Origin: an uncultured Chloroflexia bacterium
GTDB taxonomy: Bacteria; Chloroflexota; Anaerolineae; CG2-30-64-16
Direction: 5' to 3'
DNA length: 64,000 bases
NCBI GenBank assembly: GCA_963774265.1
Contig: CAVZDU010000001.1
Location: 64,001 to 128,000 of the forward strand
Below, in pieces: positions 50,281-60,303 of this stretch (position 1 is its first letter; each line of letters begins with the position of its first letter). A model generated the notes under the pieces. That model was not told the DNA's origin, ran no database searches, and worked only from the letters and a program-made list of their open reading frames with translations. Both the position numbers and the translations under genes were made by a program.

Positions 50281-51108
50281 ATGACAGGAGAAAAAAGCGG
50301 AGAGTTCCGCGGTAAGACCGTCGAAGCGGCAGTGGCCGCCGGGTTGGCTGCGCTGAGGCTGGCCCGCGAGGATGTCGAGGTGGAAGTTGTGCGCCCGGGA
50401 AGCCGCGGTGTGTTGGGCATTGGCGCCGAAGACGCCATCGTGCGCTTGAGCACCGTTCGCAGCGAGCCCCCGGAGCCGCGGCCCACGCCGAGGCCCGAAC
50501 CCAAAAGCGAACCGCGTCCCGCGCCGGCCCCGCGTCAAGAGCCAAAGCCCGCGCCGCAGGTTGTCCAGCCGGCGTTATCAGCCGAGCCAAAGGTCCCGGC
50601 TCCAGCAGTGGTCACATCAGATGAGCGCGTGGCGGCTGCAGCCGAAAAGGGCCGCGAGCTGCTGGCGGGCATGCTCGAACTCATGAACCTGACCGCACAT
50701 GTCGAGATCGTTCCGCAAAGCGCCGCCGAAATCGACGATGACGAGCCCGCATTGGTCCTCAATATCGTGGGCGACGATTTGGGCGTCCTGATTGGCCGCC
50801 AAAACGAAACGCTCTCTGCGCTCGAGTTTGTCACCCGTCTTATGGTTAACCAGCAAGTTCGGACGCGCACGAACTTCGTGGTCGACGTCAATGGCTACCG
50901 CGCAAAGCGGGCCGAGTCGCTCCGCAAATTGGCGTTGCGCATGGCCGATCAGGTTAGTCAGTCGGGACGCACCGTCGCCCTCGAGCCCATGCCGCCGGCC
51001 GAGCGCCGCATCATCCATCTCGCCCTGCGGGAGCATCCCAGCGTCATCACGCAGAGCGTGGGCGAAGGGGACCGACGCAAGGTCACCATCGTTCCGAAGA
51101 AGAGCTAA
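50281..51108 (+). CDS. jag: Jag/EloR (KhpB) RNA-binding protein
   Basis: Jag_N GKTVEAA, KH LIGRQNETL, R3H ERRIIH. Confidence 0.93.
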   Translation: MTGEKSGEFRGKTVEAAVAAGLAALRLAREDVEVEVVRPGSRGVLGIGAEDAIVRLSTVRSEPPEPRPTPRPEPKSEPRPAPAPRQEPKPAPQVVQPALSAEPKVPAPAVVTSDERVAAAAEKGRELLAGMLELMNLTAHVEIVPQSAAEIDDDEPALVLNIVGDDLGVLIGRQNETLSALEFVTRLMVNQQVRTRTNFVVDVNGYRAKRAESLRKLALRMADQVSQSGRTVALEPMPPAERRIIHLALREHPSVITQSVGEGDRRKVTIVPKKS

Positions 51109-51142
51109 GGTTCGCACCTGCTCGCTTAGCCCTAGGACCACC

Positions 51143-51175
51143 AACGCCGACCTCTGCCAGGGGTCGGCGTTTTCG
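51143..51175 (+). terminator. Rho-independent terminator after jag
   Basis: aacgccgacc...ggtcggcgtt followed by T-rich tail. Confidence 0.75.
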
Positions 51176-51234
51176 TTGACCCACCACGTCCGGTGTGTTA
51201 GAATCTTTCCGACCACCACGAAGCGGAGCCATCT

Positions 51235-52156
51235 TTGCCCATCAATTTTCTTGCCATCGGAAATCTCACCCGAGACACGACGCCGCAAGGCTTTCGCCTG
51301 GGGGGGACCGTCTCATTTGCCGCCTTCACCGCCCAGCGCCTGGGTTGGCGACCAGGTGTCCTGACACGAGCTTCGCTGGATGGGTTGGAGCCAGGGGGAC
51401 GCCTTGGGGAAGCAGGCACGCTGCGGACGACGGGCTTGCCTGGTACTCCGTTGGCGGGCATTCCGGTCCACCTCATGCCGTCGCCGGTCACCACGACCTT
51501 CACCAACATCTACACCGCACGCGGCCGAACCCAGGTCATTCAGGCAGTGGCGGATCCGGTCACCCCCGACGGTTTGCCTTCCGAATGGGCACAGCCGCCA
51601 GTCGTGTTGCTCGGGTCCATCGCCCGTGAGACTCCTCCGAGCTGGGCCGAGATGTTTCCCAATTCGCTGCTTGGCATCACCCCACAGGGTCACATGCGCC
51701 GTTGGGATACGGCCGGACACGTATTCCCCGACCGTTGGGAAAACGCCGGCCCCTTGCTGCGCCGCGCCGATGCGATCATCCTGAGCCGGGAAGACGTCGG
51801 CGGCGATGATGCCTATATCGCAGAACTCGCAGGACAAACGCGACTGCTTAATTGTAACGGATGGTTGGCACGGAGCGTCCGTCTATCAGAGCGAGGAGGT
51901 CACACGGATCCCTCCTCGGGCTGCACGCGAGGTCGACCCGACCGGTGCGGGCGACGTTTTTGCCACTTCGTTCTTGTTGCGCCTGGCTGAGACCGGCGAT
52001 CCCCTTGTGGCCGCCCGGTTCGCCAACGTCGTTGCCTCCATGTCCATCGAGGCGCCCGGAATGGACGCTATCCCCACGCGAGCCGAGGTCGAGAACTGGC
52101 TTGCGGAAGATGCAGCGGCAGCTTCCGCTGCCGTTGCAGGGAATTTGCAGACGTGA
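51235..52156 (+). CDS. PfkB-family carbohydrate kinase, 1-bp insertion near 51850
   Basis: LGGTVSFAA, TPQG; after the shift IVTDGWHGA and VDPTGAGDVFA. Confidence 0.85.
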
Positions 52157-52968
52157 CTCGTATCTATGCTTTTGCGAACCAGAAAGGCGGCGTTGGCAAG
52201 ACCACCACCGCCGTCAACCTGGGCGCCTACCTGGCGGAAGCGGGCTGCCGCGTCCTCTTCGTCGACGCGGATCCGCAGGCCAACGCGACCAGCAGCCTGG
52301 GAATCGCGTCGAATTCGCTCCGCTCTTCGCTATACGATGTGCTCATCCGCAAACACGCTGCTGCCGATAACCTCTTGCCCACTTCGCACGATGGTCTGCA
52401 CCTCCTCCCCAGCGCCCCCGCGTTGGCCGGCGCCGAGGTCGAGATGGTCCCACTTTTTGCTCGTGAGTTCTTGCTGCGCCGTGCGCTGGAGCCGGTGCTG
52501 GGTCTATACACGCACGTGCTGGTGGACTGCCCGCCCAGCCTTGGCCTGTTAACGGTCAATGCCCTGGCCACATCGGCTGATGGCGTCCTTGTACCGATCC
52601 AATGCGAATACCTGGCTTTGGAAGGCCTGGGCCGGCTGTGGCACACGGTACAGATGGTGCGGGAGAGCCTGAATCCGGCGCTTTTCATTAGCGGCATGGT
52701 GCTCACCATGTATGATCCGCGCACCAACCTTTCCGACCAGGTGGTCGCTGAGGTGCGCAACCATTTTCCGCAGCAGACCTTCTCCACAGTCATTCCGCGC
52801 AGCGTGCGCCTGAGCGAGGCGCCCAGCTACGGCAGAACGATCCTGCAATATGCGCCGGCATCCGCCGGCGCTCGCGCCTATCGCGCATTGGCGCAGGAGC
52901 TTTTGGCCCGCGAGGCGCACGACGCGCCCCGGGCCGAAGCGGTTACCGCGGGAAGGAACACGCCATGA
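52153..52968 (+). CDS. parA: Chromosome partitioning ATPase ParA/Soj
   Basis: NQKGGVGKTTT, DADPQAN, DCPPSLG, QCEYLALEG, IPRSVRLSEAPSYG. Confidence 0.95.
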   Translation: MTRIYAFANQKGGVGKTTTAVNLGAYLAEAGCRVLFVDADPQANATSSLGIASNSLRSSLYDVLIRKHAAADNLLPTSHDGLHLLPSAPALAGAEVEMVPLFAREFLLRRALEPVLGLYTHVLVDCPPSLGLLTVNALATSADGVLVPIQCEYLALEGLGRLWHTVQMVRESLNPALFISGMVLTMYDPRTNLSDQVVAEVRNHFPQQTFSTVIPRSVRLSEAPSYGRTILQYAPASAGARAYRALAQELLAREAHDAPRAEAVTAGRNTP

Positions 52969-53864
52969 GCGCACAATCTCGTGGGTTAGGTAGAGGTTTA
53001 GACGCCCTGATCCCATCCTCAAGCAGCAGTGCGGACGATGCCACAGCCTCTGGGCCGGCTGGCTTGCTCCATGTGCCGGTCTCTGACATCGTCCCAAATC
53101 CCCGGCAACCGCGCACGAAGATGGACCCGGACTCGCTCGCAGAACTGGCCGCTTCCATCAAAGAACACGGCCTGCTCCAACCATTGATTGTCACCCGGGC
53201 TTTGCCCACCGCGCGTGCGCCCTACCAACTCATCGCCGGCGAGCGGCGCTGGCGCGCGGCGCAACAGGCTGGCCTCGACGTTGTCCCTGTGCTGCTGAAA
53301 GAGGCCACACCCCAGCAATTCCTCGAGCTGGCCCTGGTCGAGAACATCCAGCGCTCCGACCTGAATCCGCTGGAGGAGGCTGAGGCGTACCAAGCACTGA
53401 TGAACGACTTCAGCCTCAACCAACAGCAGGTCGCCGAACGCGTGGGAAAGAGCCGCGTGGCGGTCGCCAACACGCTCCGCCTTCTGCGCCTGCCTGAGCG
53501 CGTCAAGACGCTTCTCGCGGATGGCGTGCTTTCCGAAGGTCACGCGCGTGCGCTGCTAGGTCTGCCCGATGATGAGGCCATTCTCCAGGCAGCCGGCGTT
53601 GTGGTGAGTCGCGGGCTGACCGTGCGGCAGACGGAGGATCTCGTCCGCCGCCTGGCTGACGTGAAGACCGAAGCCGAACACGAAGACTCGGATGCGGACG
53701 ACCCAGACCACGCTAACACACGACAACTAGAAGAGGCGTTCCGCGGCGCGCTCGGCACCAAGGTCGCACTGACCCGCAGCCGCAAAGGTGGCCGGCTCGT
53801 CATCTCCTTCTACTCGGACGAAGAACTGCAAACCATCTATGAGCGCATCGTCGGCGTAGAATAG
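52965..53864 (+). CDS. parB: Chromosome partitioning protein ParB/Spo0J
   Basis: GLGRGLDALI, PNPRQPR, AGERRWRA, ENIQRSDL, HTH. Confidence 0.96.
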   Translation: MSAQSRGLGRGLDALIPSSSSSADDATASGPAGLLHVPVSDIVPNPRQPRTKMDPDSLAELAASIKEHGLLQPLIVTRALPTARAPYQLIAGERRWRAAQQAGLDVVPVLLKEATPQQFLELALVENIQRSDLNPLEEAEAYQALMNDFSLNQQQVAERVGKSRVAVANTLRLLRLPERVKTLLADGVLSEGHARALLGLPDDEAILQAAGVVVSRGLTVRQTEDLVRRLADVKTEAEHEDSDADDPDHANTRQLEEAFRGALGTKVALTRSRKGGRLVISFYSDEELQTIYERIVGVE

Positions 53865-53885
53865 GTCTTCATCGAGGATCAGGCA

Positions 53886-55511
53886 ATGGAACTCCACGCA
53901 GACTTGTTCCTGACCGGCGGTCGCGTTTACACCGCAGATCCGGCCGGCAGCCGTTGGGCCGAAACCGTTGCTGTGCGCAATGGCCGCATCCTGGCCATCG
54001 GTAAGGAGGCGGACCTGAGCGAGCTGCGCGGGCCGCAGACGCAAGTTATCGACCTGCACGGCCGCCTGCTCCTCCCCGGCTTCACTGAAAGTCATATCCA
54101 CTTCCTCGAGTTGGCGCTGCGCGCGCCTCAGGTGGACGTAACGCACGCGACCTCCGCCACAGAAGTCGTCGAAGCCGTGCGCAAGCGCGTCCAGGCCAGC
54201 CGAACGTCCGATACGGATCATCCCGCGTGGATCCGCGGCGGCGGCTGGAACGCCTCCATTTGGACCGACGGCCTGACGCCCCATCGACGCCTGCTCGACG
54301 AGGCTTCGCCGGACATCCCTGTAGCGCTGGATAGCAAAGACCTCCATGCGGTTTGGGCCAACACCGCCGCGCTGCGCCGCGCCGGCATCGGCAAGGCGAC
54401 GGCCGACGTGTCCGGCGGCGTGATCGAGCGAGATAGCGATGGCGAACCAACAGGTGTGCTGCGCGAGAACGCGGTAGAACTGCTGAGCCGCGCCATTCCC
54501 CAACCCGGCCTGGCCGAAACGACCAAAGCCGTGCGCGCCGTCATTCCCGACATGTGGCGGACCGGCATTGTCGCGATCCATAACGCGAACGACTCGTGCG
54601 ACGCTTTATCATTTCGTACCTACCAGGAACTCAAGCAGCGGGGGGAGCTGCGCCTGCGTGTGCTGCAGCACATCCCTGTCTGCAACCTGCCGCATGCGCG
54701 GGGCCTCGGGTTGCGCAGCGGCCTGGGTAATGCCTGGTTGCGTATCGGTGCGGTCAAAATGTTTGCGGATGGCGCGCTGGGCAGTCGCACCGCGAACATG
54801 TTGGAGCCCTACGAGGGAGAACCGGGCAAATGGGGCGTGGCGGCCACCGATCCGGAGGAGATGCTGGAGCAGGCCCTGGCGGCCAGTGAAGCGGGCCTCG
54901 CCCTGACCATCCATGCGATTGGGGACCGCGCAAACCGGGATGTACTAAATGTACTGACCGAAGTGCGTCGCCGCGAGGGAAACACGACGTTGCGTCATCG
55001 CATCGAGCATGTCCAATGCATTCACGACGATGACTTGCCTCGCCTGGCGCAGCTTGATGTAGTCGCCTCCGTCCAACCCATCCACGCAACGTCGGATATG
55101 ATCATCGTCGATCGGCATTGGGGCCCCCAGCGCGCGCGAGGGGCCTACGCTTTCCGCAGGTTGCTCGATTCGGGAGCGCATCTCGTCTTTGGCTCCGACG
55201 GCCCGATCGAACCACATGACCCCCTGATCGGCATCCACGCGGCCGTCACCCGTCGCCGCGCGGATGGGACGCCCGGGGCAGAGGGCTGGCAGCCCCAAGA
55301 ACGCATCACCGTTGCTGAGGCGATAGATGCCTACACCTACTGGCCGGCCTATGTGGCGTGCGAGGAGAGCTACCGGGGAAGCATCACCGCGGGGAAGGTT
55401 GCGGACCTGGTCGTTCTTTCCGATAACATCTTCTCAGTCGATCCGATGCACATCCTCGACGTCCGCGTTGATATGACCGTTCTTGGCGGGAAAATCGTGT
55501 GGCGGAGCTAG
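53886..55511 (+). CDS. Amidohydrolase 3 family (YtcJ-like)
   Basis: PGFTESHIH, KMFADGALGSRTA, IHAIGDRA, RIEHVQ, FGSDGP, GKVADLVVL. Confidence 0.9.
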   Translation: MELHADLFLTGGRVYTADPAGSRWAETVAVRNGRILAIGKEADLSELRGPQTQVIDLHGRLLLPGFTESHIHFLELALRAPQVDVTHATSATEVVEAVRKRVQASRTSDTDHPAWIRGGGWNASIWTDGLTPHRRLLDEASPDIPVALDSKDLHAVWANTAALRRAGIGKATADVSGGVIERDSDGEPTGVLRENAVELLSRAIPQPGLAETTKAVRAVIPDMWRTGIVAIHNANDSCDALSFRTYQELKQRGELRLRVLQHIPVCNLPHARGLGLRSGLGNAWLRIGAVKMFADGALGSRTANMLEPYEGEPGKWGVAATDPEEMLEQALAASEAGLALTIHAIGDRANRDVLNVLTEVRRREGNTTLRHRIEHVQCIHDDDLPRLAQLDVVASVQPIHATSDMIIVDRHWGPQRARGAYAFRRLLDSGAHLVFGSDGPIEPHDPLIGIHAAVTRRRADGTPGAEGWQPQERITVAEAIDAYTYWPAYVACEESYRGSITAGKVADLVVLSDNIFSVDPMHILDVRVDMTVLGGKIVWRS

Positions 55512-57451
55512 CGCAGCAGGCGCTCGTCACCCACGCGCCGGGTGATCTTCAATTCGTCCAACCGCTCCATGAGCGCTAGCGCGTACTTGCGACTGGTGTT
55601 GAACTGATCGCGCACCTGCGCGACCGTCATGCTTCCTTGCGCCTTAATGGTCTCGACGATGCCTTTCACCATCTCGTCATAGGTTTCACTCAACAGCAGA
55701 ACGTCTTCGCTCAGCCGCACCAGTGTCCCCTGGTGCATGAGCGCGCTCACGATCTCTGGGTCCGTCAGGGCCAGGCTTTCGGCCATCGAAGGTGGGGTCG
55801 CGGGCTGACGCCGAAACGCGGCCAATAATGCGATAACCTTCGTCTGCTGCGCGGGTGAGAAAGTGATCCGGTGAGTGGGTCGGGCCAAGAACTCACCCAC
55901 CTCCACCAGGTACTCCTCTGCCACAGCGCGCCCGGCCAACTCATTAAACAGCTTCGCCGGCCACTTGTCTCGTCCCTGGACGCGTCCCTTGAGTTCTTCG
56001 CGGCCCATCCCGGGCCGCAGAGGATACTGCGCATGATAGTCTGACAGGATCTCGGCCATGCGCGCAGCGAGGGAGTGCCAGCCGCCCAACGAAATGACCG
56101 GCGTCATGCTCTTCGCGTATGGCGCCTGGATGGCGCCCAAGGCGATCAATTCGCCGCCGGCGAGCATCTCGGCCGCGACCCGTTCCGCGGTGGGGGCGTC
56201 AAGGCCGCAGCCTTCCACTGCTACTTTCAGCGGAGCAGGCTCCGAGCGAGCGAGCGCATGAAAAATGAGGTCCTGGGGCGTGCCCCGTGCCAGCGTCTCG
56301 AGTTGCGTGATGACATCAGCCTGGAAGCGCCGCCAGCGTCGCGCGGGGTAGGGGTTGACAATCACACCGCCGCCCACGGTCAGGCTCGGTGATGGCTGGC
56401 GAATGATGAAACGGTCGCCAGGCCCGACAGCCACCGGCGACTCGAGCACCAGCTGGGCCCACCCAGCTTGCCCCGCGCGGATTTCCTCAGCATCGAGCAA
56501 CCGGACGCGCGCGGGCACCTCGGCCGCGCCACTGAAGAAATCGATCTGATCGCTGTGTCCTAGTGACGCATGCCAGTCGTCGCTGCGCACCAGCCTCAGG
56601 CGAACGTCAATCATGGTCGTCGCCCGCAACGTCCCTGGCCGCGCGACGACCATGCCCCGACGCAGATCATCCGGATGCACACCGGTCAGATTGATCGCAA
56701 GCCTGCTGCCCGGGAGACCGATCTCCACACCCTTTTTGTGGGTCTGCATGCCGCGGATACGGGCTTTGAGGCCTGCCGGCAGGATTTCGACTTCATCACC
56801 CACCTTGAACTGCCCGTCGCTCAAGGTGCCTGTGACCACCGTGCCAAAGCCTGCAATCGTGAAGATACGGTCGATAGGCAGGCGCGGCGCCCCCTTGTCT
56901 CGTCGTTGGGGAACAGTTGTCAGTGCGTCCGCGAGTGCCTGCTTGAGCTTCGGAAGATCCGCACCCGTACGCGCCGACACCGGCACGATAGGGGCTGATT
57001 CGAGGCAGGTGCCCTGCAAAGTCGCCTCTAAATCCGCCTGGACCAGCTCAATCCATCCTTCTTCCGTGACCGCATCTGTCTTGGTCAGTGCAACCACGCC
57101 CGCCGGCACCTGCAACAAATCAAGGATGGCCAGGTGTTCGCGCGTCTGCGGCATGACGCCTTCATCCGCAGCCACGACGAACAGCGCTGCGTCGATGCCT
57201 CCCACGCCTGCCAGCATATTCTTGATAAAGTCGATGTGCCCCGGCACATCGATGACCCCGACCGTCTCGGGTCCGGATGTGGCACCCTCGGCTCCGCTCG
57301 GCGGCGGCAGTTCAAGCCACGCAAAGCCAAGATCGATCGTCATCTCGCGCTCTTTCTCTTCGCGCAGACGATCCGGATCGATGCCGGTCAGGGCCAGTAC
57401 CAGCGTAGACTTGCCATGGTCGACGTGGCCGGCTGTCCCGATAACTCGCAT
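55508..57451 (-). CDS. selB: Selenocysteine-specific translation elongation factor
   Basis: GTAGHVDHGKS, DRLREEKEREMTIDLGFA, DVPGH, TKTD, C-terminal winged helix SRKYA...RRVGDER. Confidence 0.95.
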   Translation of the reverse strand: MRVIGTAGHVDHGKSTLVLALTGIDPDRLREEKEREMTIDLGFAWLELPPPSGAEGATSGPETVGVIDVPGHIDFIKNMLAGVGGIDAALFVVAADEGVMPQTREHLAILDLLQVPAGVVALTKTDAVTEEGWIELVQADLEATLQGTCLESAPIVPVSARTGADLPKLKQALADALTTVPQRRDKGAPRLPIDRIFTIAGFGTVVTGTLSDGQFKVGDEVEILPAGLKARIRGMQTHKKGVEIGLPGSRLAINLTGVHPDDLRRGMVVARPGTLRATTMIDVRLRLVRSDDWHASLGHSDQIDFFSGAAEVPARVRLLDAEEIRAGQAGWAQLVLESPVAVGPGDRFIIRQPSPSLTVGGGVIVNPYPARRWRRFQADVITQLETLARGTPQDLIFHALARSEPAPLKVAVEGCGLDAPTAERVAAEMLAGGELIALGAIQAPYAKSMTPVISLGGWHSLAARMAEILSDYHAQYPLRPGMGREELKGRVQGRDKWPAKLFNELAGRAVAEEYLVEVGEFLARPTHRITFSPAQQTKVIALLAAFRRQPATPPSMAESLALTDPEIVSALMHQGTLVRLSEDVLLLSETYDEMVKGIVETIKAQGSMTVAQVRDQFNTSRKYALALMERLDELKITRRVGDERLLR

Positions 57452-58643
57452 CTAAGCCTCAGGCTTGGGCCGCGCTCCGACACCCGCGCCGATCGTATCC
57501 AGCAGCCGTTGCGAGCTTTGGGTTTGGGTTGCACCGAGTGCTTCCTGCAAGCGCCACAACGCCTCGATCTCACGTTGAATCAAGGCAAGCTGGCGCTCCA
57601 CCGGTGGGAAACGCTCGCCAAGCTTCTGGTTCACCTTCTGCTGCTCTTGTATCGAGTAGTCCCAACGGAGCGATTCCTTCTTCCAGCGTTGCTCGTTCTC
57701 GCCCTGCCAATCGATCAACTCTTTACGCTGGCGTTCCTCCGCCAACCGCTGCAACTCGGCCACCTGCTTCTGATCGCGCACGACAAGGGCTTGGAATTCC
57801 TCAATGCCTTTGAGCGCCCGGGAGGCCTGCTCGTAACGCGCCTCAAATTCGCGAAGTCGCACGATCTGTTTCTCAATGAGCGTCTTCTGCTCGGCGAACT
57901 CCTGTTCCCAAATCCCCATTTGCCGGTTGCGCTCGACTTCAGCGAGCTTCTGCGCTTCAATAAAGGACTTCTGGTCCTGATGAAGCTGCTCCGGGATGGG
58001 CTGGATGCGCTGCAGGCCTTTATCCAGCCGCTGCAGACGCTCTTCCAACACGGGAAGGCGTGCGGCAGTCGTATCCGTACGCTTCAACAACTCTGTGTTC
58101 TCGGCCTGGAGTCTGGGCGATACGCTTGTTGTCCTGGGCGCGCTGCTCGACCATGTACGGCAGCGTCCGGGTGCGCTCGTCGAGATCCTTGGTGACGTTG
58201 TTGAGCGAGACACGTTGGGCCAGCAACATCTCGCCGAGCCGCTGGTCCTCAGCTTGCCGGGTGACAAGATCTTCTTCGAGGCGCGTGAGGCGGCTCAGCT
58301 CTTTGCGCACCTCCGCAATACCTCGCCCCAATGCATCGCGGTCGCTGACGCGCGCTCGTTCGGCCTCTCGCTCCGCGGTCAGCCGCGCCTCCACCTGCTT
58401 GTCCAACAGCACGACCACTTCACTCTTAAGTTGCTGCAAAGCTTGCTCGAGCTGCGTGAAGCGCGTCAACTGGGCGTGCGTGCTGGCCAGGCGACTCTCC
58501 AGGTCCTGGATGCGTCGCGATTGTTCCTGTTTCTCGATGGCCATGCTCTGCATGCGCTGGTCGAGTCGCGCGATCTCTTCGCGGTCGCGGCGATGTTCTT
58601 CGTCCAGCCAAGCCACCATTTGACTGAGTTGGGTCAGATCCAT
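57452..58643 (-). CDS. Long coiled-coil protein (~396 aa), 1-bp insertion near 58111
   Basis: ORFs 58020-58643 and 57452-58267 join as KRIAQ/LQAENTELLKR; E/Q/R/L heptad pattern throughout. Confidence 0.75.
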
Positions 58644-58655
58644 GGGAATACTGCC

Positions 58656-59312
58656 TTATTCGTTGAGTTCGACAACCGTATTGGTTTGCAGGAAAACAAC
58701 GCGTTCCCCGATGTTCGTGGTCCGGTCGGCGAAGCGTTCGAGATTGTGCGCGGCCCACAACAAATAGGTCGCGCGGGTGATCGTACGCGGGTCAGTCATC
58801 ATGATGACCAGCAATTCGCGGTACACCTGGTCATTCAGCTGGTCGACTTCAGTGTCACGTGCAGCCAGGCGGCGCGCCGCCTCGACGTCGCCTTTCACGA
58901 AAGCATCAATCTGACCCAATAGAAGCTCGCGGCCGATCTCTGCCATCTGCGGAACGTCGATCAGCGGCTTAAGCAGAGGCTGATCGGCCAGGCGCAGCGC
59001 CAGAACCGCAATACCCTTGGCGTGGTCGGCCATACGCTCGAGCTCCCAAGCAATCATCGATATAGAGAAGATCAGGCGCAAGTCACGAGCCACCGGCTGC
59101 TGGCTCGCAATCAACAACAAGCAAGTCTCCTCGATTTCCCGCTGCGCCTGGTTGATGAAGCTGTCCCCCACGATGAGTTCTTTGGCACGTTCTGCGTCGC
59201 GGTCGGCAAGCGTCTTGACGGCCTGCTCTTGCTGCTTGTTCACCATCGTAGCCATCTTGACAAGCTTTTCTTTGAGATGTGCAAGCTGCAAATCGAAGTT
59301 TTCGCGTGTCAC
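58656..59312 (-). CDS. phoU: Phosphate signalling protein PhoU
   Basis: QQPVARDLR, ELERMADHA, NLERFADRTTNIGE. Confidence 0.95.
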   Translation of the reverse strand: MTRENFDLQLAHLKEKLVKMATMVNKQQEQAVKTLADRDAERAKELIVGDSFINQAQREIEETCLLLIASQQPVARDLRLIFSISMIAWELERMADHAKGIAVLALRLADQPLLKPLIDVPQMAEIGRELLLGQIDAFVKGDVEAARRLAARDTEVDQLNDQVYRELLVIMMTDPRTITRATYLLWAAHNLERFADRTTNIGERVVFLQTNTVVELNE

Positions 59313-59350
59313 TGCTGGTCTCCTCCGGACTCAGGACTGAGGCGGCTAGC

Positions 59351-59359
59351 ATTATATCA
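59351..59359 (-). promoter_or_regulatory. Extended -10 promoter for phoU
   Basis: TGATATAAT on minus strand. Confidence 0.5.
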
Positions 59360-59430
59360 TCCTTTGGGTGCGAGGTGAATTCGTGCTAAGATATGCGCGT
59401 CGCGCAGAATCGAAGGAGAAACCGAACCGA

Positions 59431-60069
59431 ATGAAACCGACGTTAGCCGTCATCCACATTGACATTGCTGCAGGGGCAGATGAGTTGGTGCGCGAGCACC
59501 TGCTGGAGAATCTCGAGGCGTACAAGAACCCTTGTCTCACTGTCCTGTGGGTGAACTGGATTCGCGAGCGCGCCGACCTGCACGTCGTCTGCCTGGTCTA
59601 CGATCTGGATCTCTTCGACGAGTTCCTCATTGGCACGGTCCGCACTGCACCAGGCGTGCGCGGCACATCCGCACAACTCGCTTTCGATGGCATCGTACGC
59701 AGCGACGCGATGATGGATGTCTCGATGCTCAACTCCGGCTGGGACCGTCGCGCGGCAGCCTTGGTACAGGTAAAGCTCCAGCCAGGCAGAGACAACGAGG
59801 TCTATGAGGCACTCTGTCAGTTGCCTCCGCATGAGCAGGTCGACGTGGTCTGGGTCGTTAAGCTGTTCCACTCGGCCGATGCGGATTTGCTGATCCTCCT
59901 GCTGGGCGAGCGGACGGCAGCGCTGACCGGCTACACGATGAGCTGGATTCGTACGACGCCGGGGGTGTTGGACACGAGCCTGACAAGCGTCCTGGACTGG
60001 CGCATCCTGAGCGAGACTGAAGCCTTCGTGGCCTTATGCGAGCGCTTCTCCGATCAAGTGACTAACTGA
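59431..60069 (+). CDS. Protein with two tandem Lrp/AsnC ligand-binding (RAM)-like domains, no HTH
   Basis: Internal duplication ADLHVVC..VRTAPGVRGTS / ADLLILL..IRTTPGVLDTS; AAGGAG RBS. Confidence 0.65.
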   Translation: MKPTLAVIHIDIAAGADELVREHLLENLEAYKNPCLTVLWVNWIRERADLHVVCLVYDLDLFDEFLIGTVRTAPGVRGTSAQLAFDGIVRSDAMMDVSMLNSGWDRRAAALVQVKLQPGRDNEVYEALCQLPPHEQVDVVWVVKLFHSADADLLILLLGERTAALTGYTMSWIRTTPGVLDTSLTSVLDWRILSETEAFVALCERFSDQVTN

Positions 60070-60084
60070 GGGCTGGAGGCTATC

Positions 60085-60303
60085 ATGTTGGCGATTGCCT
60101 GTGACAAATGCCGGCGCCGCTTTTCGGCGACCGACGAGGAGCTGCGCGTCTTTCTGCAGCAGGCTGAGGGCAAGAAATTCGCCTTGATCCTATGCCCTCA
60201 CTGCGGTAAGGGTAGCAAAGTGGCCACGGATCGTATCCACCAGGCCTTGCGCTTCAGCGCGTCTCCGGCGGAACCCGAGGAGCCAGTGAAGCCGGCCACA
60301 TGA
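60085..60303 (+). CDS. Small Zn-ribbon protein
   Basis: CDKC...CPHCG; GGAGG RBS; ATGA overlap with next gene. Confidence 0.7.
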   Translation: MLAIACDKCRRRFSATDEELRVFLQQAEGKKFALILCPHCGKGSKVATDRIHQALRFSASPAEPEEPVKPAT

